Shown in pieces: positions 38,701 through 48,904 of a DNA stretch of 64,000 nt. Origin of the DNA: a virus (Duplodnaviria > Heunggongvirae > Uroviricota > Caudoviricetes); the IMG/VR virus record IMGVR_UViG_3300008108_000023, positions 64,001-128,000 of that record; one strand, given 5' to 3'. A model generated the notes under the pieces. It did not search any database. It saw nothing but the letters and a program-made list of their open reading frames with translations, and was not told where the DNA came from. The first letter of the stretch is position 1, and each line of letters opens with the position of its first letter. A program made the position numbers and the translations under genes.

Positions 38701-40025
38701 TTTATAAGTAATCTTCGATAAAACTCATACTCAGCTTCAATTAAATTCGTACCGGTTGATACTCCGTCATAATTTGATTGTAATCTTGAATATAAAACAT
38801 CATTTAGACTATTTTCATCGAATAAATTTAATGTTGATAAACCTAAATTTTCTGCTAAGTTTTTTAAAAGTACATCAGGTAAATTATTAATTCCATCATA
38901 ACTTACGTTTCTCATATAAGCTATGTTGTCTATGTATTTCTTTACACTATCAAAGCTTTGACCATATAATTGAAATACACTTTCAGCTCTTTTATCTTCG
39001 GTGTCAAATTCAAATAACTGTGGTGCGGCTAAAAATCTAACCATTAGATTAGATTTATACACATCTATCTCATCAGCAATATCTTTTAATTTACCAACAT
39101 ATAAATCGTAATCAAAACCGGTTATTTGTATGTTATAACCATCATTAGATATTGGCCAAGTTATTACAACATCAACCAAAGATGTTTTTGAATTGTCTTG
39201 AACATCTCTCGGTACTTTAAATGATGAAGTATAAATTGGATTTGTTTCTCTATTTAAAAGTGATTCCTCTAAATCGTCTAACCCTTCGAAAAATTCTTCA
39301 ACTAAACCATCGTTTGGTCTTATCAATAAATTTTCTGAATATGTTGAACCAGTAAATGGTTGTCCATATACCTTTAAGTAAATTCTATTGTTTGTATTCG
39401 GTTCGCTGTATTCTAAAATTGGATATGGTGTGTTATTTGTAACAACAACATATTTTGTATAAGACGAATAAAAATTTCTTAATTCGTTTTCAGTTTCTGG
39501 TTTAACTACTGAATTAGGCTCAACAAAAACTAAATCAAAAGGATTGAATATTTTACTTCTTTCGATGTAAAAAGTTGTGGTATTGGTGCTATCGTTATAT
39601 GTTATTCCACTAGCACTGTAATTAGAAACACCTATAGGACTGTCCGATAAGATTGAAATTCCACCCGGAAACTTGTTTATAATTCTAGTTAATGAAACTA
39701 AAATTCTACTTGTTAACGAACCAAATAAAGATTTATCGGCATATTTTTTGTTGCCCTTAAACCTTACTTCGTCAGTTCTCTTTTTTCTTGGTGTTGCTGA
39801 TGTTGTTTGAATACCCTCAACCTCTTTTAACGTATCTAATGTTAAAAATTGAGAGAATGGGTTACTCGTAAAATTTTTAGAATCTTTGTCAGGGATAGAC
39901 TTATCAAGCGCAAATACGGTGTTGGTTAGTGCAGATGAACCATCAGTTATCTGTCTACCAACTAAGAAATCATTAAATGTTTCCGCTCCGCTTGACGCTT
40001 GACTCGGTACTTTTCTCCTTGCCAT
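35781..40025 (-). CDS. Large baseplate/tail protein with a P2 gpI (T4 gp7)-like segment
   Basis: LPDVLLKNLAENLG...LLINLAHIYKSKGTKSSIDFFLKFLG resembles the gpI-type HxxKGT motif. 1,414 aa, in the baseplate operon. Confidence 0.65.
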   Translation of the reverse strand: MARRKVPSQASSGAETFNDFLVGRQITDGSSALTNTVFALDKSIPDKDSKNFTSNPFSQFLTLDTLKEVEGIQTTSATPRKKRTDEVRFKGNKKYADKSLFGSLTSRILVSLTRIINKFPGGISILSDSPIGVSNYSASGITYNDSTNTTTFYIERSKIFNPFDLVFVEPNSVVKPETENELRNFYSSYTKYVVVTNNTPYPILEYSEPNTNNRIYLKVYGQPFTGSTYSENLLIRPNDGLVEEFFEGLDDLEESLLNRETNPIYTSSFKVPRDVQDNSKTSLVDVVITWPISNDGYNIQITGFDYDLYVGKLKDIADEIDVYKSNLMVRFLAAPQLFEFDTEDKRAESVFQLYGQSFDSVKKYIDNIAYMRNVSYDGINNLPDVLLKNLAENLGLSTLNLFDENSLNDVLYSRLQSNYDGVSTGTNLIEAEYEFYRRLLINLAHIYKSKGTKSSIDFFLKFLGAPEPLIRIDEYIYKVTSIPSSFNLQQDIYDAIQGNKRYSYATFDSTGFTYSKVYYSASTTFDREGYPVDEKTGLPRRAYNETENIFFGKGSGWYDITLSHRTPLVLDSSNSILTGNTKTIKTKNKNYTYGEEYFDLYRTLPGLDTGYELVSAVDNKDGKPIEDDYLLILNRKNIGIYISPSRGIDYDIFRQSRELLISFGTNTLLPQTGKTFAEFLDTFIHGLVTNSNKIRYKKNYIQLEDVYRDYISQTTGFTPYNQINVIEFVNKLSPYWPQLVEQLVPSTTQWTGGNLIENNVFGRPKYQYRYDCQPLEFIEELYPDFENVIEEDLENILGEENNFRGLINLTGVTYYPVIEIDGTVYGGADYTGLTSSMYVIVSGTSNTSNSAKLFDAQPFTGCTSGVTSGDTVNLSLICDYKDYLEPDVTKIKELWLSALSVLIDDVTITRNSAGYEPYSAFTGTTGQTYFSETIPLIKYTTYTDENGVEKVKFSSVKLGPNECSVVDYFDYRFDADYKITKNTNGISVKVYTDNTVYCDSNSGCTLVSDVFFEVIGYKTGIQQGSTWPFNIYANCVSGTNENADVYIQKVSDCVYKLTGFSENDVIDFNIVDAANKEVKFKIEGLQPKIEHDPCPTPSGKSHVELFSIVGYQGTISSPISVVSGATYCDNYTGYTIQPKVEYKSNFNYGLKCDSIVLVVDSGLTIDNQTTDDNIESYISGGTISGKSVCDLNVGEYVLSASYKQCTEYSHQQIVNGPVSGYSFTYNYQKLEITDIECLASIKKSIITGLTQNNTYEVFEVLPTTQLRVYTNRIIENFGTPTNSVYFFDDRFPEELQKKPTDFIEPCCDHPKELYNHGDYLINKYGKTIEVIDVDLNYCDTGLYFNLNFELDNTPLTDEFVVVFNGNNSDQILMKHKYDKHPNIGFNLGQYYIDANHCPTEPTNEELSSSIFDCP

Positions 40026-40942
40026 TATTCTGTTATAGTATCAAAGTTTAAGGTTTCGTCTACGTCATTTCTTTCTTCACGAATCTCATATAATGTTTCA
40101 TTAAATTCGTCTTTAACTTCGTAAAGATTGTATTGTCTATAGATGTTATTATTATTGTCATAGATGGTATAGATACCTTGTGAAACCGCTTTACTTTGAT
40201 TACCATAAAGAGCATGTGCCAATGTTGAAGCATCATGTTCAACCATTTCTACCTCAATTGTGGTGGGATTTAAATATGTGTTTGTTAATATGATTTTTTG
40301 TGATGGTACACCAATAAATGGAACCGTATTTGGTTTATTTGTTGGTGCTGAAGATGGTGTTACTGTTAAAAACATCAAATTGGTTGCCTGTTCACTATAC
40401 TGATATCTGATAGCTTTTTGTGATGTACTTGTTAAATTTGAAACAATTGGTGTACAGTAGAACGAAGATGTTACGATTCTATAAAAATTTGGAATTTTTT
40501 TATTGTCAGATGAATTAATGTACTCAATTCTATATCCAACAAGTCCTTGTGGTGTAAATTTATTTCTATCATCAGCAGGAACATTGGATAAGTCAATGAC
40601 CAATCCTCTAACTGAAGGTAGAGACGCTAAAATTCCACAATCAGTAATTGAAGTTCTTATTTGTTTTGGTCTTATATGGAGTGTGTATACACCTAAATCC
40701 GCAAAATCGGATGCGGTTAATTTTAAGTTGTACAATCCACCTAAGATTTCAACATTAGGTGCTGAAGTATCATCCGTGGTGTTCGAATTATGATAAACAG
40801 GGGTTAATACTTCAGCTGAACTTAATTTCTTAAGAGTAACAGTCGAAGTGCTATTTCTATCCGCAACGTAATGAAAATAAATTTCAACGTCTTCGGGTGA
40901 CACATCTGATGGTCTAATTATACCGTAACTACCTACTGCCAT
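40025..40942 (-). CDS. Hypothetical virion structural protein
   Basis: 305 aa. Its stop overlaps the next start (TAATG). Preceded by the TATTTAT motif. Confidence 0.7.
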   Translation of the reverse strand: MAVGSYGIIRPSDVSPEDVEIYFHYVADRNSTSTVTLKKLSSAEVLTPVYHNSNTTDDTSAPNVEILGGLYNLKLTASDFADLGVYTLHIRPKQIRTSITDCGILASLPSVRGLVIDLSNVPADDRNKFTPQGLVGYRIEYINSSDNKKIPNFYRIVTSSFYCTPIVSNLTSTSQKAIRYQYSEQATNLMFLTVTPSSAPTNKPNTVPFIGVPSQKIILTNTYLNPTTIEVEMVEHDASTLAHALYGNQSKAVSQGIYTIYDNNNNIYRQYNLYEVKDEFNETLYEIREERNDVDETLNFDTITE

Positions 40943-40953
40943 GTTTTTTTATA

Positions 40954-40960
40954 ATAAATA
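40954..40960 (-). promoter_or_regulatory. Recurrent TATTTAT motif
   Basis: CATATTTATT, 11 nt before the ATG at 40942. Confidence 0.6.
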
Positions 40961-40966
40961 TGAAAA

Positions 40967-42133
40967 TTATTGTTTTCTAATATTAAAATATCCGTTTCCA
41001 TAAATTGATAATTCACCTGTGTTGTCAATTTCAGATAATCGTAATGTTTTTTCCATTACACCTTGTTTTCCTCTTTCAACAAAAATGTCAGAATAGATTA
41101 CTGGTTCATCAATAAATCCTAAGAAATGTTCATTTCTTGTAATAACCTTATTGATGACTTCTTCTTTTGTAAATCCTGATGTTGTACCAGTAATTGTAGT
41201 GATTCCATCCTCAAAATCTTGATAATACAAATTATCAATTGTGTATGCACTGTAAGCCACACCATTTGTTACTCCTGTAGTTACACCTGAGTATGTATTT
41301 GAACCGTATAATTTTAATTCGCTAATTTTACTTTTACCAATTGCAGCATATGTAAATGTGGTATAACCTGTGTTGGTTCCATTATAGTCTAAATCGTTTA
41401 GATAATTTTGACTTTGACCCGATATGTTGGTGTATGGTATTGTGAACCCGGAGAATGTCCCTAATGGGTTAGAGACAGTGGTATTTGAAGGTACTTGTAC
41501 TTTCTTTTTAGTTTCAAACTGACTCCATGGTGTGTTGATTGAAATTGATATGGTTGTTTCGCCGGTGGATGAATATGTTTTTGTTGCGGTAATTCCAGTT
41601 GTTGATAGAATACTTGTAGTCCCGTCTCCCCAACTGACAGTAAAATCGATAAAATGTATTTCAGAAACTTTACTCGTGTCCACCGTATTGTAAACCTGAA
41701 CTGTGTTACCGGTCTGAGTATAAGAAAAGTTACAAATTTGTTCAACTTGTTCAAGTTCCCCATCAAAACCAACCATTACACCCATTTCGTCAACGTGTGT
41801 TTCTAAAAATATCGGTAACATGTGTTCACCATACGCCTCCCCTTTTGTAATATTGTTCCAACCATATAGTTCTAAAGTTAAATCACAACCAGCGTCTCCG
41901 TAAGAGTTGGTTGGTATGGTGGTTCCCGTCCACATGTAGTATCCATTACTAACAGTACCACCAGTGACGTTATACACTATAAAACCATCTAAAGGGTCAA
42001 GATATTGAGACTCCGACCACGATATTAAACTACCCAAACTATTGTACCAATATGGACCATCGTTTGAATACAATTTAACATTAGGAATATTTTTCCTAAG
42101 TATTTCGTATTTTGTTGGTGATTTAATATCCAT
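40967..42133 (-). CDS. Hypothetical structural protein with a PKD-like domain
   Basis: FTVSWGDGT...TKTYSSTGETTISI PKD-type motif; T/G/S-rich. Confidence 0.7.
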   Translation of the reverse strand: MDIKSPTKYEILRKNIPNVKLYSNDGPYWYNSLGSLISWSESQYLDPLDGFIVYNVTGGTVSNGYYMWTGTTIPTNSYGDAGCDLTLELYGWNNITKGEAYGEHMLPIFLETHVDEMGVMVGFDGELEQVEQICNFSYTQTGNTVQVYNTVDTSKVSEIHFIDFTVSWGDGTTSILSTTGITATKTYSSTGETTISISINTPWSQFETKKKVQVPSNTTVSNPLGTFSGFTIPYTNISGQSQNYLNDLDYNGTNTGYTTFTYAAIGKSKISELKLYGSNTYSGVTTGVTNGVAYSAYTIDNLYYQDFEDGITTITGTTSGFTKEEVINKVITRNEHFLGFIDEPVIYSDIFVERGKQGVMEKTLRLSEIDNTGELSIYGNGYFNIRKQ

Positions 42134-42966
42134 TATTGTTTTCTTTCATAAAAATTTATTGGTGCGGTTACTATTCCTTTTCTTGTACCTAATGAACCAT
42201 TATACGCATAAACTATGTATGAATAATTTGTTCTATCTATAATTACTTTATAGTAGACATCTTCTTCTTCAGCATACGGTGTTGTTGCATTTACATTTTT
42301 TGATTTATTTACAAAATCAATAACACTTCCGTCTTTTGCATTATAGTACTTGGCGGTCATATAAAATGTATTTCCCGTAATATTTGTTTCATCAAATGGT
42401 GAATCATCCGCAAACCAAAAAAAGTACATATTTTCCGTATTTCTGTAGTTTGAACCAGTGAAAACAGGGACATAAACAAAATCGTTTAGAGGTAACGTAG
42501 CTCCCGACGGTGTGCCTGTATAATATATTCTTTCACCAAGAGGGAGTGATAAATTCTTTGCAAAAACCAATCTTCTATTCGTTTGATTTGGTGATGCGTC
42601 ATTATTAGTTTTGTAAAACTCTAATCTGAAAAAACTTTCTGTTGACTGTTTTAACATTTTAGAATTTTCTTCCATTGTTATTCCAACGTCTTCATAATTT
42701 TGTGAGTAATTACCAAAACTATTCAAAAAATAAAAATTATACCATATGTCCGTTTGGTTAAAAGTATTATCAGTTACCGGTGAAACTTGGTCATATGCGG
42801 TATGTATGTATCTTACAGTTTCATAATTTTCAGTTGGGTTGATGATTTCATATAAAATCTCTTGCTCCATCTGCTCAGCATTATCAGTCCAACCCAAATC
42901 TGTTTTAAACATTTGGTTTGATGGAATTATAATTGTTTGGTCATTATTTTTAGCAAGAATTTTCAT
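42133..42966 (-). CDS. Hypothetical structural protein
   Basis: 277 aa, translationally coupled (TAATG) within the baseplate operon. Confidence 0.7.
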   Translation of the reverse strand: MKILAKNNDQTIIIPSNQMFKTDLGWTDNAEQMEQEILYEIINPTENYETVRYIHTAYDQVSPVTDNTFNQTDIWYNFYFLNSFGNYSQNYEDVGITMEENSKMLKQSTESFFRLEFYKTNNDASPNQTNRRLVFAKNLSLPLGERIYYTGTPSGATLPLNDFVYVPVFTGSNYRNTENMYFFWFADDSPFDETNITGNTFYMTAKYYNAKDGSVIDFVNKSKNVNATTPYAEEEDVYYKVIIDRTNYSYIVYAYNGSLGTRKGIVTAPINFYERKQ

Positions 42967-42967
42967 A

Positions 42968-44728
42968 TTAACATTTAAACTTGTTTACGTTCTTAACTTT
43001 ATCTTGTTTATTCCTGTAGATATTTTCGTTTCGTAAATAAAAATCAATATCACTTTTTACATAATGTATATTATTAATAAAAGGAAAGTTGGTACCGAAA
43101 CCATCAGGGTCAATAAATCCATGGTCGTATAAATCTCTCCATTTCCATAACGCCTCGTCTTCAAAATATTTTGAATTCTGTGGTAATCCGTATACTTGAT
43201 TTGTTGTTGAAGTTTCAATATATGGTGACAATTGTCTTAGTTTTACTCTATGGTGTGGTTGATAATAAAGACCATACATGTTTGTCATTGAACCACCTGA
43301 AAAGGTTACAGTTGTACCCGTTTGTCCATAATCAAAAACAAATAAAGGATTAGAGAATCTGTGATATGATTCACTTATAATTCTTTCTTTTAATTCTGAA
43401 CGATTGTATTCAACAAAGGCACCATGTAAAACTGTACCAACAGGTAAATCTACACCTGTTGTAAAATTATAGGTTGTTGCACTAATCGTTCTCGAGAAAC
43501 CACTTGTTAATATGGACGTTTCAGTAGTTCCTGTACCATTAAAATGTTCGTCAACCCATGTATCATGAAAATTGAATTTCCAACCAACTTTAGGTGGGTA
43601 TTCAAAATAACCGTTTCTATTGGCCAAAATGGTACTTACATAAACTTCAGTTGGTAAATAACCTAAATTATTAGTTAATCCCGTAAGAACAAATGGTTCT
43701 TTGAAATCATAAATTAATGATTCCATCATATTCCTTTCAACCAAAACATCAGAAACACCAGCACTATTTTCTAAAAGTAATTTTCTTTCGTTTTCCCAAA
43801 TAGATGACTCAAATCCAATTTTGTCTAATATATAATCTTCCCTTTCTGTTAGTGTTTTGTGTTTGTGAACGTAATAATTAGATGTGGAACCTGTTATGTC
43901 ATTTCTGTCAAGACATCGTTTACCAAAAACAACTGTTGAAAGTGTTGAACCAGAGGGTAATTCGGATTTAGATATTTCTAAAACATATTTTTCAGAATTA
44001 TATATTGAGTCACCAACACTTATAATTGTGAATGTTTTACCCGTGACATTTACCGCGTTATTAAAACTACCTCCGCTTAGTGTAATAAATTCACCCGATA
44101 ACATTCCGTGTTCTACAGGACTTGTTAACTTGTATGTGTTACCATTGCTTTCAACCCTAAAAGGTATTCCATCGCCTGATGTAAAACTAAAATAAGTTCC
44201 ACCACTTAATGAATATTTCATCGGATAAGCACTGTCTTGACCATAAACATATGAAAGGTATATGTTCCAATTGTGATATGGTGCTTGTATGGACGATATT
44301 GAGGTGTGTTCAGTTTCTCCTGAATAAGCAAAAATGGGACTGTACGTTGTTAATGATGAAATAGTTTGTATAGTGTTTATTTGTCTTACCACATCTTTTC
44401 TTAAAAAAGCAAATTCTTGGTAGGGTATGAAACCTGTAAAATCATTATTACCACCGTCACCAACCAAATACAGTCTTTTTAATAATGGATTATATTCAGA
44501 TGAACCACTATAAAGATTTCTAAAAACCATTTTTAGTTTACCATGAATTTTATAGCTATTACTTTCGTTCCTTTCTTTATTAAAGAGCTCCGCGTTACTT
44601 AGAATAATTGTTCTGTCACCTTCTCTTAAAAGATTCTCAGTTTCCTCTAACCCAACACGAATTGTTTGGTCTTCATTGATTGAACCAAAAAATTTTTTAG
44701 ATGGTAATATAATCCTTTTTTTATCCAT
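42968..44728 (-). CDS. Hypothetical structural protein
   Basis: 586 aa, coupled to its neighbours in the baseplate operon. Confidence 0.7.
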   Translation of the reverse strand: MDKKRIILPSKKFFGSINEDQTIRVGLEETENLLREGDRTIILSNAELFNKERNESNSYKIHGKLKMVFRNLYSGSSEYNPLLKRLYLVGDGGNNDFTGFIPYQEFAFLRKDVVRQINTIQTISSLTTYSPIFAYSGETEHTSISSIQAPYHNWNIYLSYVYGQDSAYPMKYSLSGGTYFSFTSGDGIPFRVESNGNTYKLTSPVEHGMLSGEFITLSGGSFNNAVNVTGKTFTIISVGDSIYNSEKYVLEISKSELPSGSTLSTVVFGKRCLDRNDITGSTSNYYVHKHKTLTEREDYILDKIGFESSIWENERKLLLENSAGVSDVLVERNMMESLIYDFKEPFVLTGLTNNLGYLPTEVYVSTILANRNGYFEYPPKVGWKFNFHDTWVDEHFNGTGTTETSILTSGFSRTISATTYNFTTGVDLPVGTVLHGAFVEYNRSELKERIISESYHRFSNPLFVFDYGQTGTTVTFSGGSMTNMYGLYYQPHHRVKLRQLSPYIETSTTNQVYGLPQNSKYFEDEALWKWRDLYDHGFIDPDGFGTNFPFINNIHYVKSDIDFYLRNENIYRNKQDKVKNVNKFKC

Positions 44729-47700
44729 TATTCTTGAGATGGGAACGCACCTTTTGGTCCAAATAATTTTATAAATTTATCAACCGCAGTTGCGCCTGGT
44801 CTTAATCCAAAATAAAATAAGAATGGTGTTGATAATATTTGTTTATTACCAGTATAATTTACTTGTGTTGGTTTTAATATAAAATCAACATCATTATTCC
44901 ACGGTTTTGAAGCCCATCCCCCCACCTCTCCAACTCTAATCCACAAAGTACCTGCATCCGGTGATAAAGTGGTTCCTGATGTTATATGTAAAACAGTAAA
45001 CCCTTCCTCTTGATTGTTGTAGTTTAGATGCACGTCGTTTGTATCTTCAACATCAAACGAACCATCGTTAACATCAGCACCTGCGATTGTGAATGTATCT
45101 CCCGAATATGTTTTTGTCATCGGAAATAAAACATAATTATATGTTGAATCACCCGTAAACGCATAATTATACGTCATTCCTTGTAATCTCTGAGAAACAA
45201 CAGTGGCATAATCCCAAGATTGTCCATATCCTTCACCAAAACCTTGTCCGTCCTTATCCCAATAAAAAAATGGAACAATTTGTGACGATTCTGTTAACCT
45301 ACCTGGTTCATTTAGACAAACTCTAACCCTATAACCGTCATCGTCTAAAACAAAATTTATCGGCATTGGTCCATTCGTTGTTCCGGATTGTGATTTAAAT
45401 AATTGAACATAATCATCAGGGTCAAGAATTACAGGACTGTATTGACCATAATATCTATTTTGTAAATCAAATTCCTCAATACCGGCTTCATTGTTAATTG
45501 ATATTAATTGTAAAACGTCACCATTTAATATTTCTTTATTAGTGTTAAACGGGTAGTATGAAGTGTATCCATTATTAGAGAAAAAATCTTTATAATTATA
45601 ATTGGCGTTTGTGTCAAGTCTGTAATTAATGTAAAGACCCAACATTTCTTTAAAATTTTGATACGATGTTGAACCTATACTTCTAACAATAGAGCAATTT
45701 GGGTCTAATGTTGGGTCTACACAAATTTCTTTAATAAATTCATCTCTTGGACCTAAATCCATTATTGTTGTTGGGTGTCTTAGGGTACTGAATTCAGAAC
45801 CTGATGCCGTTTTTTGGAAAATCGAGCCGTTCCATTTTGTGGACCTGTAATAAAATTTTTTTACTGCGTCATTTGATGTTTTTTCTGAAACTTTATAATA
45901 TAGTAAATTTTGACAGTAATTGGTCCCTCTGACGTTCAAATCTAAAGTTTCTTCATTGTCCCATCTCACTCTAGCTTTGAAAGGGAACATATAAAGAGAA
46001 CCCGCTAACCAGTTGTCAAAAAAGGAATAATTAGCAATACCTTCGCAGAAAACTTTATTTACCAATTTTCTTCTTGCATATTCTCTGATTAATTTAAATT
46101 GTACATCTCTATTGTCTGTATGAGCCGCGGGAATTACTGTGTAAACACCAAATCTAAATTCAGAAAAACCACTTCTCGTGTCACATTTTATCGAACAAGG
46201 GTTTTTGGACAAGTCATTAGCTGCTGCTTGTCCAACTACCATTAAGTTTAAATTATTACAATTTGTACCAGGGTTTGCCGTTGTTCCACTATAATCGGCA
46301 GTAGTACCGCTTGCACAGTAACTTATTTTTACAATACCACTATCGTCATATATTGTATTTTGAGATAAACACCCTTCGGGTAAAGATGTGGAATCAAACG
46401 AGCTTGTTGTTGAACCGGTTATCGGGTAATTTGAATCGTATATTTCGTAAGTGAATCCCGACCAAACATAATCTTTTGGGATTGTTGGGTCGTTCCATTG
46501 TAACCACGAATTTGCGGACGCTAAATCTCTACCTAAAACACCTGTTGTTGAACCACAAGTATAGTTTCTGTAAAGAAAAGTATAACTATTTCCTGTTGTT
46601 AATCCACTTAATGCTGTAATATCGGCCGTTTGTGCACCTGAATGAGCTAGATAAGAAGTAACCCTTATGTAATAATTTCTATTAGGATTTACTATTATAT
46701 TGTTTATAATTGTTGATAATGATTGTCCATACGTGTAACCCGTATAATAATAAGATGTTAAACCACTTGAGGGTGATTCACTTAAAAAATATTCTCTTTC
46801 AGTTGGGTCATAGTCACATATAAAAATATCTGTCACCGTGGAATCACAGGTTCCTGTTACCACGGGTACACCATCTCCACCAGCGTAGGACATAGAACCA
46901 TCTCTAGCGCAAACACCTGTAACTGATGACCCACTAAATGGTATTGATTGGGATTGAATTGAGTTATTAGTACAATCTCTCCAAGTATAGGTGGTTGTGC
47001 CAGTAGTTGGTGGTGGTAAAGTGTATGTTGTACAATTAACCAAAAAAGTAAGTTTGTCTCGAACCGCGGTACCACTAGCGACTTTTTGATATATGTTAGA
47101 AGGGTCGGTGTCAGTCGACGAATCTTCCGTAAAAACTTGAATTTCATCACAAGATTCACATTCGGGATATATTGTTAAACTTAATCTTACTGTTCCCAAT
47201 GCTTGTAATGGTTCAATAATTGATTCATCCCACCCGTCAAAAGGTGCCCAATAAAAAGTCCATCCTAAAATATTCCAAGGACCAATTCTAACTTTTTCAT
47301 AAATTAATTGAAATGGAGCAATGATAATTTGAACAGCACCAACAAAGGCGGTATATATGACTCTTTCGAACGCATTAATAATAATCGCCAAAAGAATTGC
47401 AAAACTAAACTTTCTCCACGCATAATTTATTGGTGGGGTGACAACACTTGATTCGCAATCTTCTTCCGCTTTTGGTGCAATATCTTTTATACCTAAAAAG
47501 TTGTCTTTACCACCTTTAAAATGCCCACCCATGTAAGATGTTACAGTGTAGACTTTGTTATATGTAAATCTATAGAAATAATCCTCAGGATAATAACTTC
47601 CATAAGTCTGATTGAATATTACTGATGAACTTGTGGCTGAAGTTGGGTAGTCGTCCCAATTTAATGAAAACGCATATGAACCATCAACGTCGGAATTGTA

Positions 47701-48852
47701 CTCCCTAATGTTTGGTATCAAATAACTAGCAACATATCTAACCCTACCTAAAGTTTCATTTTTACCTGATATTCTGAATCTATAACAAGCCGATGTTGGT
47801 ATTCCTTTGTTAGGGTCATTTGTTGTTTCATTTTCACCAAATTCATTTGTGTACACAAAATCCATGTTCATGGGTAATGGGACCACAAATGAACCATCGT
47901 CCTCGATATCTTCTTGTATTTCGTATCTCTCAAGTATTGGTCGACCACTACTGTCTTTATTTGGTGTAAACCTTATTATTTCAATAACAGCATCAAATGT
48001 GGTTAAATCACATTTTCGACCCATCTCACCTCTTGGTCTACAATTTTTATTTATTGTATTTTTACCTTTATCCGAATATATTGAACCTAATAGATACGCT
48101 TTTGGCTCTACTTTAACCCCTTTACTTGATAAATCAAAATCAGTTCTGGTTAATCCAATTTCACATAAATCTTCGTTACCCCAAAAAGGATAAACTTCTA
48201 TAGTTTGATTAAAAGAAACTATTTGAGGTAAAGTGTCTAAATCATTTGACGCTTTGTACGAATATGTATTTTTGAATTTGTCAACACCTAAACCTTGTCT
48301 AATAAAATCGTCAGGTCTAAGTGAAAAACACCCAATATCAGATAAATCTACATCAACATGAATTGTTTGTGTCCCTACAGGAACACCCCAAATCATGAAG
48401 TCACCAGCATCGTTTGTTTTTACAGTGTATTTGTAATATTTTTCATAAACCTCAAGAACCTCTTCTCTCGTTAAAATATCTTTTTGGTCAGGGAATGTAC
48501 CGGTTGGTTCGTGTCCACCGTGTTGTTTTCGACTTGGTAAAAGATTATATCTATATCCTTCATCATTTTTACTATCTACCGTGGTAAATGGATATAACTC
48601 AGAAATTACGGGGTCGTTTGAATCTTCTTCGGATATTGGAATGAAAATAGAAACTCTAGCATTTGGAACACCGAATCCATTGTTTACAAAGATTCTTCCA
48701 CAAACAACACCATAGTCCGCACACATTGAGGAGTATACCTCCGTCTGTGTGAATTTAAGGGATAATATTTCCAATAAGTCAAAGTCGTTTTTTAATTCGA
48801 CAACAACTTTTTGGTCTTTACCTATATTTGTGGAAATTCTGTGTTTCTGCAT
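44728..48852 (-). CDS. Large structural protein with N-terminal prealbumin/carboxypeptidase-regulatory-like fold
   Basis: GVPNARVSIFIP...VKTNDAGDFMIWGVPVGTQTIHVD. 1,374 aa, directly downstream of the gp6-like wedge gene. Confidence 0.7.
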   Translation of the reverse strand: MQKHRISTNIGKDQKVVVELKNDFDLLEILSLKFTQTEVYSSMCADYGVVCGRIFVNNGFGVPNARVSIFIPISEEDSNDPVISELYPFTTVDSKNDEGYRYNLLPSRKQHGGHEPTGTFPDQKDILTREEVLEVYEKYYKYTVKTNDAGDFMIWGVPVGTQTIHVDVDLSDIGCFSLRPDDFIRQGLGVDKFKNTYSYKASNDLDTLPQIVSFNQTIEVYPFWGNEDLCEIGLTRTDFDLSSKGVKVEPKAYLLGSIYSDKGKNTINKNCRPRGEMGRKCDLTTFDAVIEIIRFTPNKDSSGRPILERYEIQEDIEDDGSFVVPLPMNMDFVYTNEFGENETTNDPNKGIPTSACYRFRISGKNETLGRVRYVASYLIPNIREYNSDVDGSYAFSLNWDDYPTSATSSSVIFNQTYGSYYPEDYFYRFTYNKVYTVTSYMGGHFKGGKDNFLGIKDIAPKAEEDCESSVVTPPINYAWRKFSFAILLAIIINAFERVIYTAFVGAVQIIIAPFQLIYEKVRIGPWNILGWTFYWAPFDGWDESIIEPLQALGTVRLSLTIYPECESCDEIQVFTEDSSTDTDPSNIYQKVASGTAVRDKLTFLVNCTTYTLPPPTTGTTTYTWRDCTNNSIQSQSIPFSGSSVTGVCARDGSMSYAGGDGVPVVTGTCDSTVTDIFICDYDPTEREYFLSESPSSGLTSYYYTGYTYGQSLSTIINNIIVNPNRNYYIRVTSYLAHSGAQTADITALSGLTTGNSYTFLYRNYTCGSTTGVLGRDLASANSWLQWNDPTIPKDYVWSGFTYEIYDSNYPITGSTTSSFDSTSLPEGCLSQNTIYDDSGIVKISYCASGTTADYSGTTANPGTNCNNLNLMVVGQAAANDLSKNPCSIKCDTRSGFSEFRFGVYTVIPAAHTDNRDVQFKLIREYARRKLVNKVFCEGIANYSFFDNWLAGSLYMFPFKARVRWDNEETLDLNVRGTNYCQNLLYYKVSEKTSNDAVKKFYYRSTKWNGSIFQKTASGSEFSTLRHPTTIMDLGPRDEFIKEICVDPTLDPNCSIVRSIGSTSYQNFKEMLGLYINYRLDTNANYNYKDFFSNNGYTSYYPFNTNKEILNGDVLQLISINNEAGIEEFDLQNRYYGQYSPVILDPDDYVQLFKSQSGTTNGPMPINFVLDDDGYRVRVCLNEPGRLTESSQIVPFFYWDKDGQGFGEGYGQSWDYATVVSQRLQGMTYNYAFTGDSTYNYVLFPMTKTYSGDTFTIAGADVNDGSFDVEDTNDVHLNYNNQEEGFTVLHITSGTTLSPDAGTLWIRVGEVGGWASKPWNNDVDFILKPTQVNYTGNKQILSTPFLFYFGLRPGATAVDKFIKLFGPKGAFPSQE

Positions 48853-48858
48853 TATTCT

Positions 48859-48865
48859 ATAAATA
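48859..48865 (-). promoter_or_regulatory. Recurrent TATTTAT motif
   Basis: TCTATTTATA, 6 nt before the ATG at 48852. Confidence 0.6.
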
Positions 48866-48904
48866 GAAAATTATGGATTTCCAGAAAAATAAATAAAAAT
48901 TAAA

